From Octopus sinensis (lineage: Eukaryota), in assembly GCF_006345805.1 (NCBI RefSeq), contig NC_042999.1, forward strand, positions 155,248,001 to 155,312,000: DNA of 64,000 bases, given 5' to 3'. Positions 1 through 11,662 of the stretch are shown piece by piece (positions within the stretch are counted from its first letter, which is position 1; each line of letters begins with the position of its first letter). A program made the position numbers and the translations under genes. The notes under the pieces were generated by a model that saw nothing but the letters and a program-made list of their open reading frames with translations, was not told the DNA's origin and did not search any database.

Positions 1-129
1 AAGAAACTGATAAAGGCAAGATTATTGATAAAACCCTCTTACCAATTTCAAGTTTTACCAGGACGTCAGATCCCAGCAGCTACGCTCAAATCACTTTCGG
101 AAACATTAAATGTTCTTCCAGACAGTTTG
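1..129 (+). CDS. Exon 1 in window (5'-truncated); C-terminal end of fibrinogen-like module 0 of a multi-module Caspr-like/EGF protein
   Basis: Frame from nt 3 reads ETDKGKIIDKTLLPISSFTRTSDPSSYAQITFGNIKCSSRQF; donor G|gtaagt, phase 1; IIDKTxLP motif recurs in exons 4 and 16. Confidence 0.9.
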
Positions 130-499
130 GTAAGTAATAAATTCCACATTTTTAAATAGTTGTTGAATCTCATTGAGCAGAACTAAACTTCTAGTTCTCG
201 TTCTCGTTCTGCTGGGTTGTGTCCCCCAATCCGGTTTTGCTTCACATATAGACTAATTTTGCCTTTCTAACACCGAGGGCAGTGCTCCAGAATGACCAAG
301 GCTGTGACGGCTGAAACAAAATAAAGAGATTAGTGAAATAGCTGAAATAGCATGGCCATATGGTAAGAAACTTGATAGCCAGGATTCCGAGTTCAGTCCA
401 ATTGAGTGATACTTCGAAAAATAAATTAGTTAACACTAGACAAGAAAGAAGTCTTAACTGCTGAACAAATGTTTTCTTTTTTAAAAAAATTAAATAATA

Positions 500-850
500 G
501 GCGCAGGAGTGGCTGTGTGGTAAGTAGCTTGTTTACCAACCACATAGTTCCGGGTTCAGTCCCACTGAGTGGCACCTTGGGCAAGTGTTTTCTACTATAG
601 CCTCGGGCCGACCAAAGCCTTGTGAGTGGATTTGGTAAACGGAAACTGAAAGAAGCCCGTCGTATATATGTATATATATATATATATGCGTGTGTGTGTT
701 TTTGTGTCTGTGTTTGTCCCCCTAGAATTGCTTGACAACCGATGCTGGTGTGTTTATGTCCCCGTTACTTAGCGGTTCGGCAAAAGAGACCGATAGAATA
801 AGTACTGGGCTTACAAAAGAATAAATCCCGGGGTCGAGTTGCTCGATTAA
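500..850 (+). mobile_element. tRNA-derived SINE, family A. Other copies: 3987-4415(-), 9318-9622(-), 17737-18297(+), 39299-39505(+), 41309-41700(+), 48017-48300(-), 48785-48870(-), 49320-49725(+), 56473-56600(-)
   Basis: Repeated GGCGCAGGAGTGGCTGTGTGGTAAG...GGGTTCAGTCCC head with A/B-box-like motifs, internal (TA)/(TG) tract, shared 3' part. Confidence 0.85.
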
Positions 851-959
851 AGTAAAGAGAGAGTAATAGAATGCATTTATTTCTGTAATTTCGATAAATT
901 ATTAAAATTTTCCTATCCTTCCTTAATACCGGTTCCCATATGCTACTCATATCTGCACT

Positions 960-1650
960 CTGTCTTCTCAGGAGGTTGTTGTGTCCTAGCATATGTGCTG
1001 CTTCTTTTATTTTTCATATTTTCCAGTGGTGTTCTCTGTCTATAATTTTAACTTCATCCCACAGGGGGAGGTGGTCACCATTTTTCCATATATGATCAGC
1101 TATACCCGATTTATCAGTATCTCCTTGTGTCACAGCTTTGGGATGTTCGTCTACCCTTATTTTGGGAGCGTCATGTTTCACCTTTGTATAACCTAGCACA
1201 GCTGCATGGGATGGAGTACCCGCAGTCTTTGGTTATATTCTCTTCTATTGGTGGTTTTACACGAAGGAGATATTTGCGAAGTGTTGTATTACTTTTGAAT
1301 ACTGTCCTTATGGCATATGGACTGCACATCTTTTGTATCTTTTCGGAGAGGCCTTTTACATAGGTTAGACAGACCATGGACAGTTTATGGGTTTCGTCCT
1401 CTCTTCTCTTCATAATTGGAGTGGATAGTATGTTTTGGGGGTAGTTGTTGCTTAATAGATTGTTACTTAGCTTAATCATTTCTTCGTGGTGTGTATCAGG
1501 ATCACTACTTATATTCTTTGCTCGATGTTTTAGGCACTGAGCAATCCCTCTCTTTACACTGTATGTATGGTGGGAATTGAAGTTGAGGTATCGTCCAGTA
1601 AAGGTCAGCTTGCGATATACGGATGTCCTGAGTCCGTATTCCGAGTTCGA
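960..1650 (-). mobile_element. Penelope-like retroelement fragment (RT C-terminus plus GIY-YIG endonuclease), frameshifted
   Basis: TSVYRKLTFTGRYLNFNSHH..VKRG; YSIPCSCARLYKGET; RVDEH..SGIADH are PLE thumb and GIY-YIG motifs. Confidence 0.85.
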
Positions 1651-1667
1651 TTCCAAGCAGTGACCTA

Positions 1668-1714
<47 letters not shown>

Positions 1715-1716
<2 letters not shown>

Positions 1717-2222
1717 TATTGAAAGACTTCAGACAAAGAACATGCCTCCTCATTGATATGACTGTCCCAATCGATATAAACGTATCTGTCAAGACCTACC
1801 AAAAACTGAGCAAATATAAAGATCTTGAATAGAAATCAGCAAAATGTGGAAGCTGAAGACTAAAACAATACCTGTTGTCATAGGTGCCCTGGGAATGATA
1901 GCGAAAGGGACTGATTGCTACCTAACTCAGATACCAGGAAACCCCAAAATGGCAGAAATTCAAAAGATAGTGCTCATGGGAACTGCTCATATCCTACGCA
2001 AAATACTCTCTATGTAATCCCAAGGTTTAAAACAAACTTTTTTTATTTATTTTTTATTTTTATTTTTTATTTTTTTATGTATTAGACATTCACTAGTACA
2101 ACACCACAAAAAAAAAAAAGAAACCAAATATATGGCACAGAACTTCCAACCTGTTGTCTCTTGAGGTCTCTGGGTGAGACTTGGAGCCAACTTGTACAGA
2201 CATAAAGCAAAAGTCAAACATA
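1715..2222 (+). mobile_element. 3' end of an R4/Dong-like RLE non-LTR retrotransposon between (AAT)n tracts; second copy 35515-35870(-)
   Basis: CLLIDMTVP..KLSKYKDL..MWKLKTKTIPVVIGALG..GTAHILRK (frameshifted); 3' UTR shared with the 35.5 kb copy. Confidence 0.8.
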
Positions 2223-2296
2223 GAATAATAATAATAATAATAACAACATCGAAAAATACCTTAGGAATGAGAACCCAGGGTTGAAATTTCCCCCAA

Positions 2297-2342
2297 GACA
2301 CCTGATGAAGGCTGGAGGGTATATCAGCCGAAACGTTGTGTT
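2297..2342 (+). ncRNA. Minimal type I hammerhead ribozyme motif
   Basis: GACAC-CTGATGA-a-GGCTG(loop)CAGCC-GAAAC-GTT-GTGTT; stems I and II pair. Confidence 0.65.
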
Positions 2343-2538
2343 AACAACAAACAAGGTGAGGACAAATATTCGTCAAATGTAAATAATGTACTGTTTATAA
2401 TAGTTTCTTTCTGAGAAACATCTGACAGGGACTTACGGGGTGAAAATATAAGGCTTTGCTCAGAACGCCGGTGGATGGCGTGACACAGTGTTTTATCCTA
2501 ACTTATTTTCTTACATGAATTCTTCCCCTTTCTTCCAG

Positions 2539-2704
2539 ATATCCCAAAGGATTGTCACGAAATGAAGTATACACAATTCGAGTCAGTTAACGTCAGTGCG
2601 TACATTGACACCGACGGGGCGCTGGGTGAATTCCCTCCTACTTTGGTGTATTGTGACATGACATCAGAAAATCACGTCGGAATTACAATTGTTCCCAACG
2701 ACTG
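2539..2704 (+). CDS. Exon 2; start of module 1
   Basis: Acceptor tttcttccag|; DIPKDCHEMKYTQFESVNVSAYIDTDGALGEFPPTLVYCDMTSENHVGITIVPND; donor TG|gtaatt; phase 1-2. Confidence 0.92.
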
Positions 2705-2814
2705 GTAATTCTTATTGTTTATTTTCTTCCACTTTCTACTATGAATGGTGCAATATGCTGTTGTTGTTGTTGTTGCTGCTGCTGTGCTGCTGTTGTTGTT
2801 GTTGTTGTTGCTGT

Positions 2815-2990
2815 TAAGCAACGGTGATGGTCTAGGGCTTAGGGGCGGGAGACTCCAGACCTAGGAAAAAAAATCTTTGGTCGTCTTGTAGTCGAGGGCT
2901 TTTCGTTGACGCCTGACACCACTGGAAGGTGGCCTTCGAAGTCGCTGGAAATGGAGATCTCCAGGTCCAAATTCTTGGACGGCTACTGTT
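2815..2990. repeat. ~180-bp interspersed repeat embedded in (GTT/CAA)n; further copies 3478-3670, and in the opposite orientation 32410-32600 and 61025-61220
   Basis: Shared GGTCTAGGGCTTAGG..GACACCACTGGAAGGTGGCC..GCTGGAAATGGAGATCTCC..AAATTCTTG. Confidence 0.8.
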
Positions 2991-3438
2991 ACTGCTGCTT
3001 TGTTGTTGTTGCTGCTGCTGCTGCTTTGCTTGTTTGTTTGTTGAGCGAAGCGGTCTTCGTCCCAGTGGGAGAAGTCCGAAACGTGGTCCTTTGCTATTCG
3101 TAAGACCCGCAGAAGAGAAAGCAGGTCAACCCCCGACACCGAGAGCATCGACGATCGATGGATGCGCATCTAGGCTCAGTGGTTACGTAGGAAGTCGGGG
3201 ACAAGAAACAGGAAGAAAGAGTGAGAGAAAGTTAGGGCGAAAGAGTACAACAGGGGTAGCCACCACCCCCTGCCGGAGCCTTGTGGAGCTTTAGGTGTTT
3301 TCGCTCAATAAACACACACAACGCCCGGTCTGGGAATCGAAACTGCGATCCTCCGACCGCGAGTCTGCTGCCCTAACCACTGGGCCATTGCGTCTCCACT
3401 TGTTGCTGCTGCTGTTGTTGTTGTTGTTGTTGTTGTTG

Positions 3439-3475
<37 letters not shown>

Positions 3476-3681
3476 AAGCAACAAGACGGGTAAGGGTGAT
3501 TAAGTGACGGTCTAGGGCTTAGGAGAGGGAGACACCAGACCTTGGAAAAAAAAACTTTGGTCGTCTTGTTGTAGTCGAGGGCTCTGCGTTGACGCCCGAC
3601 ACCACTGGAAGGTGGCCCTCGAAGTCGCTGGAAATGGAGATCTCCCGGTCCAAATTCTTGGACGGCTGCTGCTGCTGTTGC

Positions 3682-3724
<43 letters not shown>

Positions 3725-4163
3725 GCTGCTGCTGCTGCTTAACCTCAATTCCGCTATAATCGAAATCGGTACCACGCGGGACAAAATGCTTGGCGGCATC
3801 CGATTTCACGTTCTGATTTCAAATGCCGCTGGGGTCAACTCTTCCCATGTAACTGTTGTCCTTGTACCAAACTCTGAAACCAGCAATTAAACGTGCTTCA
3901 ATAATGTCCTTTCTGTCTGTTCTAGTGCTTCCCCTTTTTTTATATTCCTTAATCCCAACGCAACCTTGATTCTGTAGACTTACCTTTTACTTGTCTCAGT
4001 CATTGGACTGCGGCCATACTGGGGCACAGCCTTTAAACGTTTTAAGCTGAACAGACAGATGCCAGTACTTAAGTTGTAAGTTATGCAAATTTAAACAAAC
4101 CAATTCCGGTTGGCAAGCCGTGATAAATACAGACACAAAAACACAAACGCATAGGCATATACA

Positions 4164-4257
<94 letters not shown>

Positions 4258-5154
4258 TGTATGACGGGCTTCCACACAGTTGTCACCTTCCACATTTACT
4301 GACATGACGTTAGTCGGTCTAGGGTTATAGTGGAAGATAGCTACCTAAGGTGCCGCACAAAAAGACTGAACCGAGACCAGGTGGTCTTTGAACGAACTTC
4401 TTAACCACACAGCCAGTGATCAAAACTGCTCCACCCATGACCGTATTGTCTTTTCTAAAGCCACTGGAAAACGCCTCGTCCAGTTTATGAGTCTCAGAGT
4501 TATAAAACTGAGCGGACGGAATTCATGGATGAAAGAATACTGCCATGGAAGACAAGCAAATCGAAAAAGACAAAAGAACATGGCTGGTCCTTAAGCCTGT
4601 CAGAGTTATGTCATTTGTGTTGATATCTCGCCATTTCAAAGACACTTCTACCTTTAATATGATTATCTAGCAAAACTAATGTGACAACAGGTGTGATAAT
4701 GCTATACTTTTGTGAATTACTCGACAAAGAGCCATGCAGTTTCTACTTGCCGAATTTCACTTACAAAATATGGGTCAACTCAAGGCTGTAGAAAGTTAAT
4801 TTTTCCCAAGATGCCATACAGCGAGATGGGATTTGGACCCCTAGCTAGGAAGCGAACTTCTTAACTATTCATACATTCTGTGCCTTTGTATCAACTACAT
4901 TTATTGTAATTAACACATTTCTTAACTAATTTTTCTACACGATTTTGATTCCCGGTTAGTACCCTTTTCAATTTATTTTTTCACTCATGATTATCAGACA
5001 TAGATGTTACACGGTCTATTTCTTCTTCTCCTAAATTATACAGGAGTGGATTTCCTATACCCCTAACTGCAGCAGGATTGGTCTCCTGCTAATCAATAAA
5101 TTACGGAGATGTACTTGCATAGCAAGTGACCTGATCTGAGATCGTGTCCTGGAA

Positions 5155-5580
5155 CGAAAACAATTGCAGCGTGGAAGGTACTTACAAGCCATTTAATAAA
5201 CACACATAATCCGTTAGATTCACTTCAACATTTAAATTTAATTTGTCAAAATATTTTCGTCGCTTTGAGACCGCAAAATGTTCACTGACAAAATTCCGTG
5301 CTACATCTCATATGGTAAAAGATGCGACCCATATGACATCAGGATAGTATTCAAGAGTAATGCAACACTTCGCAAATATCTCCTTCGAGTAAAACCACCA
5401 ATAGAAGAGAAAATGCAGCTGTGGTAGGTTATGTAGCACGGAATTTTGTCAGTGAACAGGTCGCGGTCTCAAAGCGATGAAAATATTTTGACAAATTAAA
5501 TTTAAATGATGAAGTGAATCTAACGGATTTGGTGTGTTTCTTAAATGGCTTATAAACACCTTCCACGCTGCAATTGTTGT
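5155..5580. mobile_element. Foldback element: ~145-bp inverted arms around a Penelope ORF fragment
   Basis: 5161-5306 is the reverse complement of 5431-5578; the spacer (IRIVFKSNATLRKYLLRVKPPIEE) matches the PLE at 1240-1320. Confidence 0.8.
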
Positions 5581-5648
5581 AATCAATAAATTTCTATCAT
5601 TTAATCCTCTTTACAAATCTGACACGTTTTTGTTTTATTTCTTTATAG

Positions 5649-5772
5649 GATTACCATAACGGAAGTTGTAACACTTAATTTCAGCATCACCTATCATATG
5701 CAACAGGAAATGATTGTATCGTTAATCAATTCATCGCTTTTTTGCATGCAGGATATGTCATATATATGTGAG
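5649..5772 (+). CDS. Exon 3; module 1
   Basis: ctttatag|; WITITEVVTLNFSITYHMQQEMIVSLINSSLFCMQDMSYICE; |gtaatt; phase 2-0. Confidence 0.9.
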
Positions 5773-6260
5773 GTAATTGACAGCGCTTTTATATCTAGCT
5801 CGTAGCTATAGCTTGTAAGCGTGTAGCTGCAGTTAAATATGTTGAGATCAATTCAAACATGTAGCAATAGACATTTACCAAAGGCTTCTAACGAAAGTGG
5901 GTTCCGTTTAAAACATCCTTACATTTATACCTGTTCCGTAACTCATAGTCGTCAGGACGCTACCAGCTGACCAAAAACAAACAACAGTACTTTCAATATA
6001 TTTCGCACAATCTCCGTCAAACAGATTTTGACAGGTCACATTTTGGACGTGCCAACCAGCGGTCATTCAAAGACTTGCCTTATAACTTTTCCATGGCCGC
6101 AGTCTCTTGCGACTACTGGTCTTCTACAAACAACCTTGCACGGACTTGTGCTTCAAAGTGTAACTTTCTAGGTGCAATCCCATGGTCATTCATAATCGAA
6201 TGGGTCACTCTCACTTTCTCTCTCTCTCTCTCTTTCTTTCCCCCCTCTTTCTCTCTCTCT

Positions 6261-6314
<54 letters not shown>

Positions 6315-6424
6315 TATATATTTAAATAATGAGGGAGATAAATTGAATATTAATTTAATATAAAATCAATTTAAAACCAGTAGCCCAGCATACAAAAATC
6401 AGAGAAAATTCTAATACATGTGTA

Positions 6425-7012
6425 TATTTTAAGAGCTAAAAACCACTATGTGGACAGCCATATGCTAGAAATAGATCACCTACGATCAAACTACAAAGAA
6501 AGAATGTTCTCTAGAGAAAATTTAGCGGACACCGGAACAATAGGCGGGCAAGACAGATGAAAATTATATAAAAATCAAGAATTAATCGCATACCGGTTTC
6601 GTCTATTAACGAATAAATCACTTACGTAATCCTTCGTCCATAGGACTCATCAGTACGATCGTTCCACAAGCAATATAATTTGTAAAACTAACCACCAGTT
6701 TTCTGTATAAAAACAGACACGTGCTTAGTTCTACCAATTACATTGGGGTTAATTACAAATCATATTGCTTTTGGAACGATCGTACTGATGAGTCCTACGG
6801 ACGAAGGATTACGTAAGTGATTTATTTAATAGACGAAACCGGTGTGCGATTAATTCTTGATTTTTATATAATTTTCATCTGTCTTGCCCGCCTATTGTTC
6901 TGGTGTCCGCTGAATTTTCTCTAGAGAACATTCTTTCTTTGTAGTTTGATCGTAGGTGATCTATTTCTAGCATATGGCTGTCCACATAGTGGTTTTTAGC
7001 CCTTAAAATGAA
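6425..7012. repeat. Long inverted repeat (~270-bp arms) between (TA)n tracts, with a hammerhead motif on each arm
   Basis: 6425-6690 mirrors 6750-7012; related sequence at 29495-29835. Confidence 0.85.
6585..6659 (-). ncRNA. Type I hammerhead motif; mirror copy 6779-6850(+) has GTG instead of GTA at the cleavage triplet
   Basis: Reverse complement: ATCGTA-CTGATGA-GTC...GAC-GAAAC-CG-GTA-TGCGAT. Confidence 0.7.
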
Positions 7013-7019
7013 ATATATA

Positions 7020-7086
<67 letters not shown>

Positions 7087-7422
7087 TGGTTTCTTCTAGA
7101 CCCGTCAACCAAATCCACTCAGAAGCCATTGGTCAGTCCCTGGCTATAGTATACACCTTCTGAAGGTGACACCAGTGAGACTGCACCTAGAACCATGTGG
7201 TTGGGAAGTAAACTTCTTACCACAGCGCCACTTTTAGAATGCTTATCATTTGCCAAACCCTTCGGGTGAAACAAAACATATTCTGTCGGGTTCACAGTCA
7301 TTGATTAAATATATTGTCTCTTCGACTTCTTTGAATCCTTAATTCCAAAAAGCCTGACGATGCACTTTTAAACCTATTACCTCTGTGTCTTCTAATTTTT
7401 TCTCTTATACTTTTCTTTGCAG

Positions 7423-7726
7423 AATTCCCCACTTATGTTAGATAATAAAACCTTTTGGAGTGGCCGTGATGACAATGTCTACAGCTACTGGCCAGGAGCA
7501 ATGGGTGTTGATGGAATGTGTGGGTGTGGAATTCTGAAATCTTGTGACGAAGAAGAGGCTAACTGCAACTGTGATATATTAGACGGCAAACAAAGAGAGG
7601 ACTTCGGTACAATAATTGATAAAACCAGCCTTCCAATAAATAGATTATCATTCACCCCAAAACGAGCAGGCGGCAAAGCGAGCGATGTCAGAGTAGGCGG
7701 TCTCAGATGTTCACAGCATCAATTTG
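7423..7726 (+). CDS. Exon 4; end of module 1
   Basis: tttgcag|; NSPLMLDNKTFWSGRDDNVYSYWPGA..CGCGILKSC..CNCD..DFGTIIDKTSLPI..LRCSQHQF; G|gtaaat; phase 0-1; typical Caspr-type W..YW.G..C.C..C..CNCD..D.G..LP pattern. Confidence 0.95.
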
Positions 7727-7773
7727 GTAAATAAAATTTAATTTCACATATACATACACACGTGCATATATAT

Positions 7774-7824
<51 letters not shown>

Positions 7825-7900
7825 CATATATATATGTTATACAGAATGAGATAACAAATCCAAGGCTGTGAGGAGTTTTCAGGACATTTATAATGAAATA

Positions 7901-7948
7901 GTCTTACAGCTGTTTCTGGGATATTATAGATATCTCTTCATCAGAGAC
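7901..7948 (-). ncRNA. Type I hammerhead motif; degenerate sister copy 16351-16403(-)
   Basis: Reverse complement: GTCT-CTGATGA-AGAGATA..TATCCCA-GAAAC-AGCT-GTA-AGAC. Confidence 0.65.
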
Positions 7949-8232
7949 GATGTGAGAAAATATATGAGTTCAGATTATTGTGGAAAAGATAGGGAATATA
8001 CAGGGAAATAAGAGAATGAAAGTAGAAATAAGATATATAAAGATATTTTAGTTTCAGTTCCATTATTTGAGGAAAATGGTGTATAGAAGTGGTAAAGAAA
8101 CGTTTCCTGTACATGGTGTGTACGTTCCAATTGTAGTTTATATTTAGTCATTTCAAAGCATGGAGCCGTGGAATCAGTGTTGCTCGTTCGAAAAGGTTTT
8201 GTGTTGTGAATGAATGTGTGTGTGTGTGTGTT

Positions 8233-8537
8233 TGGCGGCGCAATTGCCCAGTGGATAGGGCAGCGGACTCGCGGTCGGAGGATTGCGGTTTCGATTCACA
8301 GACCGGGCGTTGTGTGTTTTTATTGAGCGAAAACACCTAAAAGTTCCACGAAGCTCCGGCAGCGACGAGTGGCGACCCCTGTTATACTCTTTCGCCACAA
8401 CTTTCTCTCACTCTCTCTTCCCGTTTCTTGAGTAACACTGCGATGGACTGGCGTCCCGTCCACCTGGGGGGAACACATACGCCACAGAAACTGGGAAACC
8501 GGGCCCATGAGCCTGGCTAGGCTTGAAAAGGGCGACG
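8233..8537 (+). mobile_element. tRNA-derived SINE, family C; opposite-strand copy ~3040-3393(-)
   Basis: GGCGCAATTGCCCAGTGGATAGGGCAGCGGACT..GGTTTCGATTC head; body shared with 3190-3390. Confidence 0.75.
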
Positions 8538-8544
8538 TTTATCG

Positions 8545-8586
<42 letters not shown>

Positions 8587-10627
8587 GAAAGCATATCCAG
8601 TCTTGCCTGCGTACCCCATCGTGACTATAATCAGTTCCCCAGATTCGGCTTTCCCACCGATAATACCTGGGAATCCAGCAGTTTGACCAAAGCATACACA
8701 AACGCAATCACAAATACACACTCCCTAACACGACGGATATCCATCCAATAGACTATTTTCTACCGACCCCAATATAATCCCCTACGCATATTGTACGACT
8801 ACACACCAAATGCATACATAAGCACCCCAAGAATTTAAACCAAAGCACAAAAGAAAGAAAATATACTAACGACCACAGATATGTACGCAGCCTTTGCAAA
8901 TGCTACACCTATAGTACCACTACACACAAAATCATTTCTACAAGGCCATTAACCTTAAAGATGCAGGCATTTCCGTAAAACTTTTTTCCAGAAAACCCTT
9001 ACCGACTTGCGCACACTTCTAGAGTTGGTGTTTATGGCAGAAAGGGACATAACTCTTCGATAAAACCTTGATCAGTTCGTTTCATCGTGTTTTTTTTCAC
9101 AGCAACAACAAACCAGCTGTATCTGTTCCCCTTCAACAATAGAGAGCAGCCGTCATATTTCATTCCACAACTGCCATCTCTGAAGAGCGCAGGGTTATAT
9201 AATCGGACTGTTACCTAACACTCCATTGAACTCCTAGTGCGAAAACGGTTGATAAGATCGGCTGTAATGGATATATAACGCTGTATACTTCGATTCATAA
9301 TATATATATTTTTTTTTTACTTGTTTCAGTCATTTGACTGCGGCCATGCTGGAGCACCGCCTTTTAGTCGAGCAAATCGACCCCAGGACTTATTCTTTGT
9401 AAGCCCAGTACTTATTCTATCGGTCTCTTTTGCCGAACCGCGAAGTGACGGGGACGTAAACACACCAGCATCGGTTGTCAAGCAATGCTAGGGGAACAAA
9501 CACACACACACACACACATATATATATACATATATACGACAGGCTTCTTTCAGTTTCCGTCCACCAAATCCGCTCACAAGGCATTGGTCGGCCCGAGGCT
9601 ATAGCAGAAGACACTTGCCCAAGATATATATTGGAGTGGCTAGCTCGATATTTCTAGCTCCTTAGCCTTAATCAATGGGAAATACCTAAGAGAGGTAACT
9701 CTGAACAGATCTTATAAAGCTGTGGCTTTATTTATAGTACAGTCAACAACGTTGACTGATTTTATGGATCAGGTCGTAGAAATTACCGAAATATCAGCAC
9801 CAAGCAGTGTTTAGGCATAAGCAAAGTATAGGTTAGTTAAAACATGTTAGTGACATATTTCAACTGTTAGAAGACTTATTCACTGCAGTTACCGTAGAGA
9901 ATTTTTTCATTTATGTTAAAAACTCTGTTTAACGTTAATATTTCGGTAATTTCCACAATCTGGCGGTCTACTGGCGCAAGTCAGTCAATGCTGTTGACTA
10001 TTTTAGATAATGCTATAACTTCATGAGATCTGTTCAAAGTTGCCTCTCTCAAGTATTTTCCATTGATAAATGTAAGGAGCTAGAAACATCGATGTCTAGG
10101 AATCCTCATAGATGGCGACACTGAACAGATATGGTGTTTTTACACCTTTTTACCGTAAGAGAAAATTTCTTCCACGGTAACTGAAGTGAATTTACCTTTT
10201 AGCAGTTGAAATAAGCCACACACATATTTTAACTAATCTAAACTTTGTTTATGCCTAAACCTTGCTGGGCGCTAATATTTCGGTTATATATATATATAAT
10301 AGTAAATGCGTTAGCAAATGGGGCAAAGTGTAGTTAATGCATATTGCCTTTTGATTAGTAATTCTGTCGATTCTTATACGTTGTTAGTGTAATTTTACCC
10401 ATCCTTTCCAGAGTCCTGAGATGCTGGCATTGACCAAGGAATAAAGGAATAAGGATCTGTATAGATAACTAGATACACCCAACACATTTAAAAGTTTAGT
10501 CTTGCAATGAAGTAATTTTAGAAGCTAAAAGCACGTATTAAACTCATATCTACCCTACATTTCCAGACTACAACATATTTGTAAATCTCTAATTACATGA
10601 ATAATTGTGTTTTGTATCTATTGACAG

Positions 10628-10711
10628 GAATAAAGCCATCTTGCAACGAGTACCGAAATAGCGGGTCTGAAAAATCCTATACATATCTAATTGATGTTGA
10701 TGGTTACCAAG
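10628..10711 (+). CDS. Exon 5; start of module 2
   Basis: ttgacag|; GIKPSCNEYRNSGSEKSYTYLIDVDGYQ; G|gtaata; phase 1-1. Confidence 0.9.
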
Positions 10712-11573
10712 GTAATAAAACGAACACAAAATGCTATTTTTTTTTCTGAACCTGTTAGGTATGCATTTCAGACTTATATTGGGCATGAATGGGTTGAATA
10801 GGTATTCAAACTCACTGAAGATATTCCCAGTAGAAAAATATGTTCTTCGTTCGGATTATGTCATTCATAGCCCAGCTTGGTGTTTTCACACAATCATCAT
10901 CTATTAGAATTTTTCTTCCAAGACGACTGTTACCACAGCAAAGATATTTCCACATTTGAGTGTAAACAAATATATTAACTTTAAATATACATAATTTTAT
11001 TCATACTATCACTGCTTAGAGTACCTTTGATTAATTAATTAATTACCTAATTAACTAATTCCAACTTAACAAAGTTTTGCACGCGCCAGCCAATTTATTA
11101 TTTGTTGTTTATATGTAAGCGCGTTAGTTCTTCGTTGATTAAGAGCTGATGAAGTCTAATGACACAGAAACATGTCGTACAATCCAACGACGTCAATCAT
11201 AACCCAGCTTGGTGTACATTTAAACACATTGTGTATAGAAAGTATTTCTCTTTTGAAACAGATACCACAGCGAAATTCTATCTACACGTGAGTGCACAGG
11301 AACGAGTTAAATATAAATACACACTGCTTATTTTGATCATCGCTAAATATGGTTCCTTGATAAATCTTTGCACACGCCAGCTAATTTTTTATTTAATGTT
11401 TATATATAAGAATAACAATATAGATGTAGACAGATTTATTTTAATCATCACTTCTTAATTTCTTTCATAAATATACTTCATATATTTTAAATTCCATGAA
11501 TGAAAATAATTGTCCTGCTAAGAACATTAAATAATTTTCTCAAAATTGAAAATGTATCTTTTAATGTGTCTAG

Positions 11574-11662
11574 GTACGTTGCAACCGTTTCCGGTCTTTT
11601 GTCTGATGGTCGTTGAACCCCCGTATGGATCGACAATTGTTCACCACCACCTGACTGATATA
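11574..11662 (+). CDS. Exon 6; module 2
   Basis: gtctag|; GTLQPFPVFCLMVVEPPYGSTIVHHHLTDI; |gtatgt; phase 1-0. Confidence 0.88.

Noticed and set aside
500-570. tRNA-like heads of SINE families A, B and C as tRNA genes
   Set aside because: No complete cloverleaf; always fused to a repeated body
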